Assembly: GCF_001194135.2 (NCBI RefSeq)
Contig: NC_068991.1
Span: 59,923,528 to 59,987,527, forward strand
DNA length: 64,000 nucleotides
From: Octopus bimaculoides
Lineage: Eukaryota
Direction of reading: 5' to 3'
Part shown: positions 48,707 through 60,504 of the stretch, one piece after another
How the letters are laid out: each line of letters starts with the position of its first letter
Position numbering within the stretch: the first letter of the stretch is position 1
Made by a program: the position numbers and the translations under genes
Notes under the pieces: generated by a model
Databases searched by the model: none
Told to the model about the DNA's origin: nothing
What the model saw: only the letters and a program-made list of their open reading frames with translations

Positions 48707-49437
48707 AAGATAATTTCCTTTTCTTTTGTCAGTCTGAATCTCATTTTTTCCAGTTTTTTGTATCCCACATTTTGAAACACTTGACATTCGCATTAAAAAA
48801 AAATCTTCTCTTCATTGAATCTTTCACGATTAAAATTAATGTCCCCTCCCAGCTACTTTTGCCTATTCGGCTGACTTTCCGGGTTGCTCTCCTATATACC
48901 CTGGAATTTCTCCCTTTTTGTCGGGACTTTTCAAAATTATCTTTGTATCTCACCCTAACTAGAGCTAACAGTATCAAAATAGCCGAAGTATCAACTGGTG
49001 TTTACATATTGTCGCTGCTAATTACGAAGGATAAGATGTTTTTTTTTTGTTAGTGGTAAAAGGCTTTTCAGCCTGTAGTCATTCTGTTTGGTAGAAATAA
49101 CCAAATCACATTTTATTATCTCTACCCATTTCCATTTACTTTATTCTGTCTTCATGACATGTGTAGGGAAGCCTTTAAACAAAAGTCTTATTCGTATCGT
49201 ATTATTTGTGTCCAGTTCTTCACATACAAAAGTCTTGACCATTTGTCGTTTTATATACCAGGAGTATAGAATATAGTACTTCCCTTAGAATCTAAGTGAG
49301 GATTAACAAGAAAGGCATCTGGTTGTAGAAAACTCTGCCTCAACATTCTCTTGCCTGACTTATGCCAAGCATGGAAAAACGGATGTTTAAACAATGATGT
49401 TTTAATTTTTTTTTTCTTTTTCTATTTTTTCCCATAG

Positions 49438-49589
49438 TTTTCCAAAGTTATGGAAGCTCTGAGTAACATGGCTGTCTTCTATACTGTGGAAGTTGACAGT
49501 GTTCCAATATATGTTCATTACTTTGACATTACGTTGATACCGTCAACTATTTTCTTCTTTAATGCTCAACATATCAAAGTTGATTGGGA
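49438..49589 (+). CDS. TXNL4B: TXNL4B (Dim2, thioredoxin-like 4B) internal coding exon, 152 nt
   Basis: cccatag|FSKVMEALSNMAVFYTVEVDSVPIYVHYFDITLIPSTIFFFNAQHIKVDW(E)|gtaag matches LSK..SDLSKMAAIYLVDVD....[27 protein letters not shown]. Confidence 0.92.
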
Positions 49590-49659
49590 GTAAGTTTAAC
49601 TTGATTTTTTTGTTTGTTTTTAATTATTCTATTTTTGTTGCATTTAATCAGAAGGAAGG

Positions 49660-50190
49660 GTCAATGCCGATGACCTTTCACAGATTTGTGAGATTGATGT
49701 GGTTGACGTTCAGCGAGTGTAGGAACAATGTAGGTTGGAAAGGAATTTTATGGTGGAAGCCTGAGAAGGGAGACAGACTGAGTTATGAAATGAGGAAAGG
49801 CAGATGTGTCAGGTGGGGAGGATACATGAAGCTGACTTTGATGAGTAGTAGTAGTAGAGTTACTGAGGAGGCAACACCTCTGTGAACTACATTGCTGCTA
49901 GTGTGAATTAGTGGGTTCTTGACAATAATGAGGATGGTCTTCTTTTGGATACAGTCTAAGATGTTTTTGTTTTTTAAAAGTACTTTCCCAGTTGTGGAAG
50001 CAGCATTGCATCATGGGTTTCACTCAAGCTTTGTAGAGTTTGAGCTGTTACTCAGGTTTGAAGTATATTCTGCACTAAAGGAGAAGGTTAGGATTTGGAA
50101 TGCTACTTTTTACCTTGTCATATATCTTTTTCAAATTGCTCAACCAAGTGGTAGCTCCCTCATTGATTCAGTTGGAGAATATTTCCGATG
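49660..50190 (-). mobile_element. Decayed CR1/Jockey-like LINE 3' fragment in the TXNL4B intron
   Basis: QLKLYKA*VKPMMQCCFHNW and LDCIQKKTILII. Confidence 0.55.
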
Positions 50191-50774
50191 TCTTTGTTAG
50201 GCACAGGTGTTACTGTGTAATTAAGAAGTTTGCTTCCCAACCATGTGGGTTTTGGTTCAGTCCCACTGCATGGCACCTTGGGTAAAGTGTCTTCTACTCT
50301 AGCCCCAAGCCAATCAAAGCCTTGTGAGTAGGTTTGGTAGATGGAAACTGAAAGAAACCCATTATGTGTATGTGTGTGACTCTTGTCTAGACATCATGTG
50401 ATGGTTGTAAATGAGCATTAAAATCATACATGTAATGTTCGTTTTTAGCCTTCCGTGAGAAACTTGTCTCACTATGGGAAAATATTTTGTTGCTTGGAAA
50501 TGGAGGAGTTAGTGATAACTGTAGAGAATTTGTGCCTCAATAAATTCCATCTGGACCATGCAAGCATGGAAAAGTAGACATTGAATGATGATGTGGTTGG
50601 TAAGCAAAAGTCTTTGTAGTAAGAAGTTTGCTTCCCAACCACCAACCACATGCTTCCAGGTTCAGTCCAACTGCCTGACACCTTAGGCATGTATTTTCTA
50701 CTATAAGACTGGTCTGACTAATGCCTTCTGAGTTGATTTGATTGACAGAAACTGAAAATAGCCTCTTACATATA

Positions 50775-50973
50775 TGAGGGAGTGCTGAAAAGTTCCTGAC
50801 TTTAAGGGTACTGCAAAAGGCCTGGTTCTTTTACAGGGCTTAGAAAAAACTGGAGGACCATTGCAATAAGTGTATGAATCTGAGAGGGGAATATCTTGAA
50901 TAAAATCATAATTGACTGATCCTGCTGTATTTTATTTTATCCAAAGCCAGGAATTTTGCAGCCCCACCACCCA
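50775..50973 (+). mobile_element. mariner-derived MITE
   Basis: TA|tgagggagtgctgaaaagttcctgacttt...aaagccaggaattttgcagcccc. Internal GLEKLEDHCNKCMNLRGEYLE* resembles a mariner transposase C-terminus. Confidence 0.7.
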
Positions 50974-51335
50974 TATGTATAAATCTATATGTGTGTGTGC
51001 ATGTATGTGTTATTGTCTCCTTGCCTTGACATAATGTGACTGTTGTAAACGAGCGTTACTGTCATTCATTCCAATATTCTGTGAAGTCATTTCTGGCCAT
51101 GGGGAAATATTACCTTGCTTGGAAATGTGAGGTTTAGTAATAGGAAGGGCATCTGGCCATTAAAAATCTGCTTCAATAAATTCTGCTTGACCCATGTGAG
51201 CATGGAAAAGTGGATGTTAAAATGAGGAGGAGGATTTTTATTCTTTATCATTACCATTTTTTGTCTTTTGCTTATAATTTCCTCGCCTATTACTTTTATG
51301 TTTTTTTTTTCCATATATTATTTTCTACTTCCTAG

Positions 51336-51501
51336 AACACCAGATCACACCAAATTTGTTGGCAGTTTCAAGACAAAACAGGACGTGATTGATGTGGTAG
51401 AAGTTATTTTTCGAGGAGCAATGAAAGGAAAACTAATTGTGAAAAGCCCCCTGGATCCTCGCAATGTACCTCGATATGAGCTAATTTACAAAGACATATA
51501 A
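51336..51501 (+). CDS. TXNL4B: TXNL4B last coding exon, 166 nt
   Basis: cttcctag|a [69 protein letters not shown] is diagnostic of TXNL4B rather than TXNL4A. Confidence 0.95.
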
Positions 51502-51783
51502 TGTCATCCAGGTGAACCAACATCTGTTTCCATCTGTCCTTGGTCATCTTCAACACCAGTTCCTGGCAACCACTTTCATATCTCATGGCTCTGACATGAT
51601 TAAGTTTGAAGATCAACATATATACAAGCATGGCTGTGTGGCTAGAAGCATGCTTCTCAATTATAAGATTCCAGGTTCAATCCCTCTGTGTGGCGCCTTG
51701 GGCAAATATCTTCAACTATAGTTCTGGGCCGACCAAAGCATTGTAAGTGGATCTGGTAAACAGAATCTGAAATAAGCCTGTCA

Positions 51784-52230
51784 TATATTAAGTGATTTAA
51801 GTTATAGAACAAAGTTCGACAAGTTCAATCATATTTTTAATCTATTTCACTATACAATTGTTTTGTACAGAAAAACAAATTCATTTTAAGAATCTGAGTT
51901 GTTAAAGAGTATTCATCAGTAGCACAATAAGAAAATAATAATAATAATAAAGAAAAAAGGACTTTAGAATTACATGGGTATGGTGTTCTAACTAATTTTT
52001 GTAATGTGTAATTGTTCTTGGAGTCATGTCTAAAATAGACGTAACTCTAAGAGCAATTACACATTGTTCAAATTCTTAGAATGAATTTATCTTTCTGTAC
52101 GAAACGATTGTATAGCGAAATAAAAAAAATTTTTTTTATTCCATATTAACATCTAATCTCCTCCATTTACGAAAAATATGACTGAATTTGTCGAACGTCA
52201 TTCTATAACTTGAATCATATACTTAATATA
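51784..52230. mobile_element. Foldback MITE with long TIRs and an internal 63-nt hairpin, inserted in the TA linker of a family-A SINE
   Basis: Left arm tatattaagtgatttaagttatagaacaaagttcgacaagttcaatcatattttt...ctatacaattgttttgtacagaaa...aaattcattttaagaat is complementary to 52073-52230. Internal hairpin at 52003-52065. Confidence 0.8.
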
Positions 52231-52519
52231 CTTACATAACCTTTCATATCTATGCCGATTTACATCAGTAAATTCAAAGTAAAGTATGAAGAATCATCTT
52301 AGAAATCTTATGGAAACTGCTCCAATTAAAGAATGAATCCACATTCAACCTTTTTTTAAAAAAAGAATGACTGTGTGGTAAGTAGCTTGCTTACCAACTA
52401 CATGATTCTGGGCTCAATCCCATTGTGTGGCAACTTTGGGAAGTGTCTTCTGCTATAGTCTCAGGCTAGCCAAAGCCTTGTGAGTGGATTTGGTAGGCAG
52501 AAACTGAAAGAAGTCCATC

Positions 52520-52565
<46 letters not shown>

Positions 52566-54751
52566 ATCTGTTTGTGTGTCTGTGTTTGTCACCCCAACAT
52601 CACTTGACAACCGATGTTGGTGTGCCTGTCCCTGTAACTTAGCAGTTCGGCAAAATAGACCGATAGTCTTTGTAAGCTTAGTACTTATTCTAAGTCCTGG
52701 GATCAATTTGTCCAACTAAAGGCAGTGCTCCAGCATGACCACAAACAAACGACCAAAACAAGTAAAACAATACAAGAATATCTATGTATATATATGCTAA
52801 CACACACATATATATATATATATATGTATGTGGAGGGAGCTGACTCTTTGGCTTGACATTGCATGGTAGTTGTAAATGAAGGTTTCTGTCATGCAAGTAG
52901 TGAACTCTGAAAAACATGTCTGGCCATAGGGAAATATTACCTTACTTGGAAACAGGTGAGGGTTGGCAAGAGGAAGAGCATGTAGCCTTAGAAAATGGCA
53001 ACAAGTGCCAGGAGCCCAGTAGCATTTATATGAAGATACCTTTCCTTAGACGAGCAGCTACTAAAGGGCTGAAGGGCCACATCTGTCCTGCATTTGTTGA
53101 GGTGTCTTTGAGCGACTGTTTTCCAGAGGCATTTCTGTGACATGCTAATTAAACCCATGACCCTGACAGGTGCTATTACTCTAAGTCAGGGTAGACCTAG
53201 TGGCTACGGAGTGGTTCCATGCTCATCAAAACAATGGAACCCCTGAAACAGGGCCCCACTACCAGATATCACTTGAAGTCATACCCTGGTTATTCTGTGG
53301 TTAAATAAATGATGACAACAACAACAACATTAATTTAAAAATATATCATTTAAATTGAATGTTTTTATTAATTTTTATAATTTTTGGTGTAAGATGAATG
53401 TTTTAAACTTAAACAAAAAAACTATGCTGATTTTTTTTTTAAGTAAAATAAAAAATATATAAAAAATAAAATCAATAAAAAGGTAAATAAATAACATTTT
53501 TGTGTTTTGAGATGTTAGCTACATTTCTCATGTTTACACATCATATGAGTAAACTAAATGTCAGCTGATAAGCCTTAACATACTTCTGTAATCTCAAAAC
53601 TGCTGCTGCCCTCTTACTTTTTTTTGTTTTTGTCCTATCCCTACCCCATCAATGTGCTTGTTTAGCATAGTTCTAAGTACATTGCCTTTTTTATTTTGTG
53701 GTTCTGCTGCTGTTGGAGTCATCTTGTTATATTCACTGATTAAAACATTCACAGAGGCATAATCATATTAGCAGAAGCCCTGAGTTGTTATCTGGAAGTT
53801 GAGTGGATAGGTCGAGGTAGATGGGAAGTAGTGATTTCTTTAAGGATTGAGTGCGAAAGAGGAATAAAATAATCCTCTTCAGGGAGGTGTCTTTCTCTCT
53901 CTCTCTCTCTCTCTCAACAAGGCATAGGGAAGTTACTCTGAAGAGACTATACGTAGAACATACCATCTATACTAATTGTACAATGATCTGTGGGTCTCGC
54001 TGTAGTAAGGAAAATAAAAATGTATTTCAGTGTGTTAATTTAAAGAATACAAATAAGAGGATTGCAGATTTAAAACTGTAATAAAACAGACTGACGAGTG
54101 CAAATGTAACTGCACCAAATGTACAGTCAGCTTTCACTTGCATGTGGGTATAGCTCGGTAACATGTACCATGTTAGTTTTCAGGTGTCTTATGTTGTTGC
54201 AAGCAAACAGAGGCACCCTACTGACTGTATCTCACTTCAGATCCAGATCTGGTGGAACATCTACGACGTGATGTCTGATGGCAGGAAAAAGGCTGCACCT
54301 GCTGTAACCAGCTGAGAAGACTGAGGGAATATGAAATGAGTCTTGCTCAAGACACGGAAAGTGTCACCTGGTCCTTACGTCAATGAGCTGACTGCTCTAG
54401 CCATTGAGTCCTGTCCCTTTTATATACACAATATATTATTACATCGCTATATTTCATATAATTGTCTCATTTATAAGAAATATAAAGATGCCGTCAATCT
54501 GAAAAAACGAAAAGTGTTGGGCGGGGGTGGTGGTGACCATAACATCTTGGCTGGTATGAAGTAGAAAAATAATCATAACAAATGTAAATTACAGAACAAT
54601 TCAGAGAGCTTCCTTCTAAGCCTTACAAAGCCCATTTTGGGCCCCAAGAAATCTGGTTAGTTACTAATTACTTCCCTTGGAAACCTGATTGCATTGCTGA
54701 TCTGGGAGAGCACAACCTTATTTAACGAATCCAAGTACCGTGTAGAATTCT

Positions 54752-54837
54752 TCAGCTTGTCTCCATTGCAGTTTCTTCATCTTCTGTCAAAGAATCAGAG
54801 TCAATGACAAATTCCCATAATTCCTTCAGAGCAGAGA
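54752..54837 (-). CDS. ATRIP: ATRIP last coding exon
   Basis: ctctctcttcag|tc (V)SALKELWEFVIDSDSLTEDEETAMETS*; phase 1 matches the upstream exon; parallels the E.AAL.DL plus acidic end of ATRIP. Confidence 0.8.
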
Positions 54838-55739
54838 CTGAAGAGAGAGGTGAAAGCAAATACATTCATTAACTAAAACATAGACAAAAGAAAACATGGG
54901 AATGATCCAAATATAGAAAATGTTGTATTAGTGGGGGTCTATATTACTGGAGAAAGACTAAGATGTAGTATTATTGGAAGTTTGGCGAAGGCGAATGAAA
55001 TATAGAATAAAATATGTATTAGTGTAATTTTGATTCTTTTCAGAACATACAGGCATTCTCTGTACAGTCATACTGCCTACCTCCCTTAGCCAAGAGGTCC
55101 TTGTCTTGCTGGTGCGACATAAAAGCACCTGGGCCAATGCCATGGTAAAACCACCCAGTATACTCTGTAAAGTGGTTGGCATTAGGAAGGGGCATCCAGC
55201 TGCAGAAACCATGCCAAAACTGGAGCTTGGGCAGCTCTCCAGTTTGTCAGCTCCTGTTAAACTGTTTAACCCATGCAAGCAGAGAAAAGGGAGATTAAAT
55301 GATGATGATAGATTTATTAGGATTTAATAGAGGTAGACATGGCTGTATGGTTATGACGCTTGCTTCCCAATCACATGGTTGTGGGTTCAGTCCCACTGAG
55401 CAGTACCATGGGTGTCTTCTACTATAGTCCTGGGCTGTGAGTGGATTTAGTAAATGAAAACTAAAAGAAGCCTGTTGTGTGTGTGTACATTTTTTTTGGA
55501 TATCATGTGGTGATTGTAAATAAGCATCTTCATTATCACATATGCGAGGTTTGTTCCCAGTCTAGCCATGTTTTCCATGTTAACTTGCTTGGAAATGGGT
55601 GAGGGTCAGTAACAGGAAGGGCATCTGCCTCAACAAATTCCGTCAGGCCCATGGAAACAAGGAAAAGTGATGTTAAATGATGTTGAGCTTAGACAAGCTG
55701 CAAGGCTGGATACAATATGATATAGAAATATTTCTTTAA

Positions 55740-55960
55740 CACTTTAGCATTCAGCATACTTTGTCAAATGTAATGCTTATATATATATATTCACATTATT
55801 TGGAATTAATCACATCATGTAGCTTCAAAATTTTGATGATGTGATTGTTTATTTTCAGAACGACATTGTTGGGTAGGTGTGAGAAGCTGGATCTGGCCAG
55901 TTTGAGCATAAAGCAGGAAAACTATATGGGCTGGATGTGACAGATTTAAAAACTCAAGGG
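55740..55960. mobile_element. piggyBac-like MITE
   Basis: TTAA on both flanks; same family as 4764-4979. Confidence 0.65.
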
Positions 55961-57004
55961 TTAAACACAAAGCCATGGCATCTTGGGCAGGGTCTTCTAT
56001 GGTGGTTTTAGGTCAAACAAAGCCTTATGATTGAGTTTGGTAGACAGAAGTTGAAAGAAGCCTATCATACATATGTACACGTGTTTGTGTCTTCTTGTCA
56101 TGACATTGTGTAATAGTTGTAACCAAGCAGCACCATAACACAAGTAATGTTGATTTCCAATCTTTCATGAAAATGAGACAGCCATGAGGAAATATTTTGC
56201 TTTGAACAGGTGAGAGTTAGCAACAGGAAGGGTATCCAACTGTAGAACATCTGCCTCACTGAATTCTGTCTGACCCAGGTAAGCACATAAGATTGGATAT
56301 CAAAATAATGATGATAATAATAATGAAACACACAAACTATCATTAGAGCTGATTACTTTAACTTCTGTATCCCTGGATTTGTTATATATTTTACCATTTT
56401 CAGAACAAGGATAGGTTGAGTTCACCGTGACTTATGCTGACATTAGTAATCTAAAATTCTTTTAGGTAGCATAAGTGTTACAATTATATTCAGGAACCAA
56501 GGCTAACAAGACTTTACTTCACTGTATTTGTCAGTAACACACACAAGTACATAGGAGAACTATTTTAGCTTTTTCAGTACCATATTTCTGTTGAAATGAA
56601 CCTTCCAAATAATTTAGATAAATAATGAAGAATTTAGTAAAATAATTTAGTCGTTATTAAGTTGGTGTTTGGAACATAATTTAACATGAAATTTTAATGG
56701 AAAGCTTTAATTTAGATCATTTAACCCTTTCATTATCATATCTTTTTTAAATATACTGCCTTTGTTTCAGCTAATTTTGAAAAATAAAGAAGAATTCAGT
56801 AAGTCACTATTAAGCTAATTTAACAAAAGTCCAATGGAAATTTTAAAATTTAAATTACTTCAAAACAAGAAGTTTCTATCAGAAGGTGAAAGGTAATCTC
56901 AGGCAGATTGATATCAAACAGTCACATTCATTGTTGACTAACACATTTAATAACATCTACAATTATAGAAAAGCTGTTAGTTGATAAATACTGAATCTCT
57001 TTAC

Positions 57005-57320
57005 CTTCAATTTTCCACTGGCTTTCTTCATTCATTTCCACTAGGTGTTGTAAATGACTGATCAAAATCGTGTATTTGTGCAACACGTCACGTACAAAAA
57101 AATTTTGTTCTTTCTGGCTAATGGTGTAAAGCAGTAAGGCCCCTTCATAAAGGACATATTCACAAGTGCAGTCCTTAACATTTGGTTTCTCCTTGTTACT
57201 ATCCATGCAGTTGTTGCAAATCATTTCTCTTCCATCAAGCTTTGTACTTTGTGCTTTCTTGCAGTGACATTGGTGTTGCTCAAGGATGTGGTACAGAATG
57301 TGGACACAACATTTCACACA
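57005..57320 (-). CDS. ATRIP: ATRIP penultimate coding exon, 316 nt
   Basis: cccag|tgt...gaag|gtaaag. EGALLLYTISQKEQNFFVRDVLHKYTILI matches ATRIP DTVLLLHGLSQKDKLF....EVLHQF. Confidence 0.85.
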
Positions 57321-59099
57321 CTGGGAATAGAAACAGCAGTTGAACAGTAAGGAATGACATGTAATTACTGAGATTTCCACCTGCCCCTGTATGTATGTGT
57401 GTGTGTCTATTAATGTTTGTTAATACATAGGTGCAGGTATGGCTGTGAGGTAAGAAGTTTGTTTCTCAATCACATGGTTCTGGGTTCAGTCCTGCTGCAT
57501 GGAACCTTGGGCACGTGTCTTCTACTACAGTCCTAGGCTGACCAGAGCCTTCTGAGTGGATTTGGTGTTTGTGTGTGTCTCTCCTTGTCCTGACATGGTG
57601 TAATAGATGTGAATGAGTATCATACAAGCAATGTCATTCATTTCTAATTATCTGTAAGAACATATCTGGCCATGGGGGAAATATTACCTAGCATGGAAAC
57701 AGGTAGAGATTGGTAACAGGAAGGGCATTGGACCATAGAAAAATCTGCCTCAATAAACTCTGTCTGACCCATGCAAGTGTGGAAAAGTGGACGTTAAAAT
57801 AATGATCATGATATCTAGTTTAAAATGTGTGAAATGTATTATAGTGAAACAAATTTGTGAACAGGAATGGCTATGTGGATACAGAGTTTGCTTTGTAACT
57901 GCATGGTCTCAAGTTCTATCTGAAATACAACTTTGAATACATCTGTGACACATTTTTAGTAATTTCCTTCCCATCCCTACCTTTTATTGTAGTTAATCAT
58001 CAGAAAACCAGAAATCTCTTTTCTGCTACAATATGATAAGCTGTCAGTCAATAGGAAATCCACAATGTGATTGTTTAACTTGTTAGAAATAGTAGCCAAA
58101 TTTTCTTCAAATCATGCCTTACTCTCTAATAAAAAGGAAAGAGTTAGATACACTAAGCCTGACAACTAGAGGATAGTCATGAGTGAACAGTTACGAGTAT
58201 TGGATTGTTGAACCAGGACTGGTATGGAATTAACTCCTCTTGTTACCATGTTTCTGTTGAAATATACTGCTTTTGCTTCAATTAGTTTAGAAAATAATGA
58301 AGCATAAAGTAAAATCACTTTGTCATTGTCAAGCTGATGTTTGGAACATAACACGAAATTTTGATGGAAGGTTTTAATTTAGATCACTTTAAGACAGGAA
58401 GTTTGTGTCATAGCACAAGATGCTGTTTTGGACAGATTAGTATCAGAAGGGTTAAGCAAGAACAGGAAAAACTGCAAGTGACATACATCAACTGTCTGAA
58501 TCTCTTTCCCAACATGTCCTCCAAATACCCTCAACCTGTGCCCAATCACTACACCCCCTCCATCTATCACTCTCCTTTTACAATCTCATGAACTCACCCA
58601 CACATCGTCTCCAATCCCTGGCCCACTCACCGTCCCCACCAACTTCTCTCACTACTTGAAGTGGCAATGTTCTTCCACATAATACAAGACACCTTTTTCT
58701 GTCCCTTAATACTACCCCCTGCTCTCAATTGAGGGGTTTTAATCTGAGACGTTATTCAGTGACCTCACTGCTGCTGGTACCATATAAAAAGTACCCAGTA
58801 CACTCTGTAAAGTGGTTGGCATTAGGAAGGGCATCCAGTCATAGAAACCATGAAAGAAACAGACATTAACCCTTTAGTGTTCAGATTACACTGTTAAATG
58901 TAATGTTTATTTATTCCCATTGTTTTTAATCAATCATGCATTATCTTATAGCTTTGAGAATTTGATGATGTGATGATTAGAATTTGATGACATGTTTATT
59001 TTGAGGATGTCATTGTAGGATAGGAATGAGAGTCCAGATCTGGATGGTTTGAACAAAACAGGTAGAATACTTGGGCCGGATATGGCCAGTTTAAATAAT

Positions 59100-59316
59100 C
59101 CTTTCTACTATAGGTACAAGGCCTAGATTTTGTGGGGAGGGGGACAGTCAATCACATCGAACGCCAGCAATGAATTGGTACTTAATTTATCAACCATGAA
59201 AGAATGAAAGGCAAAGTCGACCTTGACGGAATTTGAACTCAGAATGTAGTGACAAGTGAAGTGTGGCTAAGCATTTTGCCTAGCATGCTAACAACTCTGC
59301 CAGCTCACTGCCTTCA
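59100..59316 (-). mobile_element. Family-C SINE with a 15-bp TSD
   Basis: gccagtttaaataat at 59085-99 and 59317-31. Confidence 0.85.
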
Positions 59317-59871
59317 GCCAGTTTAAATAATGATGATGATGAATACTTTAATACACACCTCAAGACATCCTAAATACTATGAGTATTTAAACACATGGTA
59401 TACCCCTAGAGGCAAAGTGGAGAGTGATCAACTATCATAGGGGATACAATCCCTTCTAAATTACATTCAGTTGACACAAGTTTGAAAGTTTGAAGTTTAA
59501 GTCAAAGAGTAAAAGAGAAAGAAAAAAAGCAGACTTAATTAGCACTGGTGCCACACAAAAAGTACCCAGTCCACTCTGTAAAGTAGTTGGCATTAGGGAG
59601 GGCACCCAGCTGTAAAAACCATACCAATGTAAACAGTGGAGCTGGCACAGTCCCCAGGCTTACCAGCTTCTGTCAAGCCATCCAACCCATGCCTGCAGGA
59701 AAGACAGATGTTACTATATAGTCTGATGTATCCTTCCATTATTAAGGTGTTAAGATGTGATTTGATGGAGATTTAGTAGTTGTTTCTAGCAAGTTGTGCA
59801 ACCACTTAGTGGTTCCCTTCTCGACATTTTGGGTAGTAAGACCACAAAAGAAAAAAAAAAACCTATCTTAC

Positions 59872-59958
59872 CTCCATGTTACATGGACATTGAGATTCAA
59901 CAAGACAAGATGCCCCCAATGGCTGTTGTGAACACAATGTAGTTAAAATTTCTATCAC
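59872..59958 (-). CDS. ATRIP: ATRIP coding exon, 87 nt
   Basis: ttctgcag|VIEILTTLCSQQPLGASCLVESQCPCNME|gtaag parallels VVWLLAKLGVQSPLP....SNCQCNVE; phase 0/0. Confidence 0.85.
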
Positions 59959-60181
59959 CTGCAGAAGAAAGAAGAAAAAACAACACATATTTTGGCACAG
60001 GTATGGTTGTGTGGTTAAGACGCTTACTTTGCAATCATGTAATTTTGGGATCAGTCCCACTGCATAGAACCCTGGGCAAATATCTTCTACCATAGCACTG
60101 GGTCAACTATTGCCTTACCAGTGAATTGGGTAGATGGAAACTGTGTGGAAGCCCCTTGTGTGTGTATGAATGCATGTTTTT

Positions 60182-60504
60182 GCACATGGCTTAGTGGTTA
60201 GGGAGGGCATTTGGTTCATGATCCTAAGGTCTGAGTTTGACTCCTTGCAGTGCATTGTGACCTTGAGCAAGACACTTTATTTTACATTGCTCCAGTCCAC
60301 TCAGCTGGCGAAAATGAGTAGTACCTGTATTTCAAAGGGGCAGCCTTGTCACATTCTGTGTCAAGCTGAATCTCCCTGAGAACTACATTAAGGGTATGTG
60401 TGACTGTGGAGTGCTCAGCCGCTTTCACATCAATTTTAATGAGCAGGCTGTTCTGTTGACTGGATCAACTGGAACATTCAACTGTCATAACCAGTGGAGA
60501 GCCA
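60182..60504 (+). mobile_element. Family-D SINE
   Basis: tRNA-like head gcacatggcttagtggttaggg...gagtttgactcc, then ttgtgaccttgagcaagacactttat... Confidence 0.75.
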
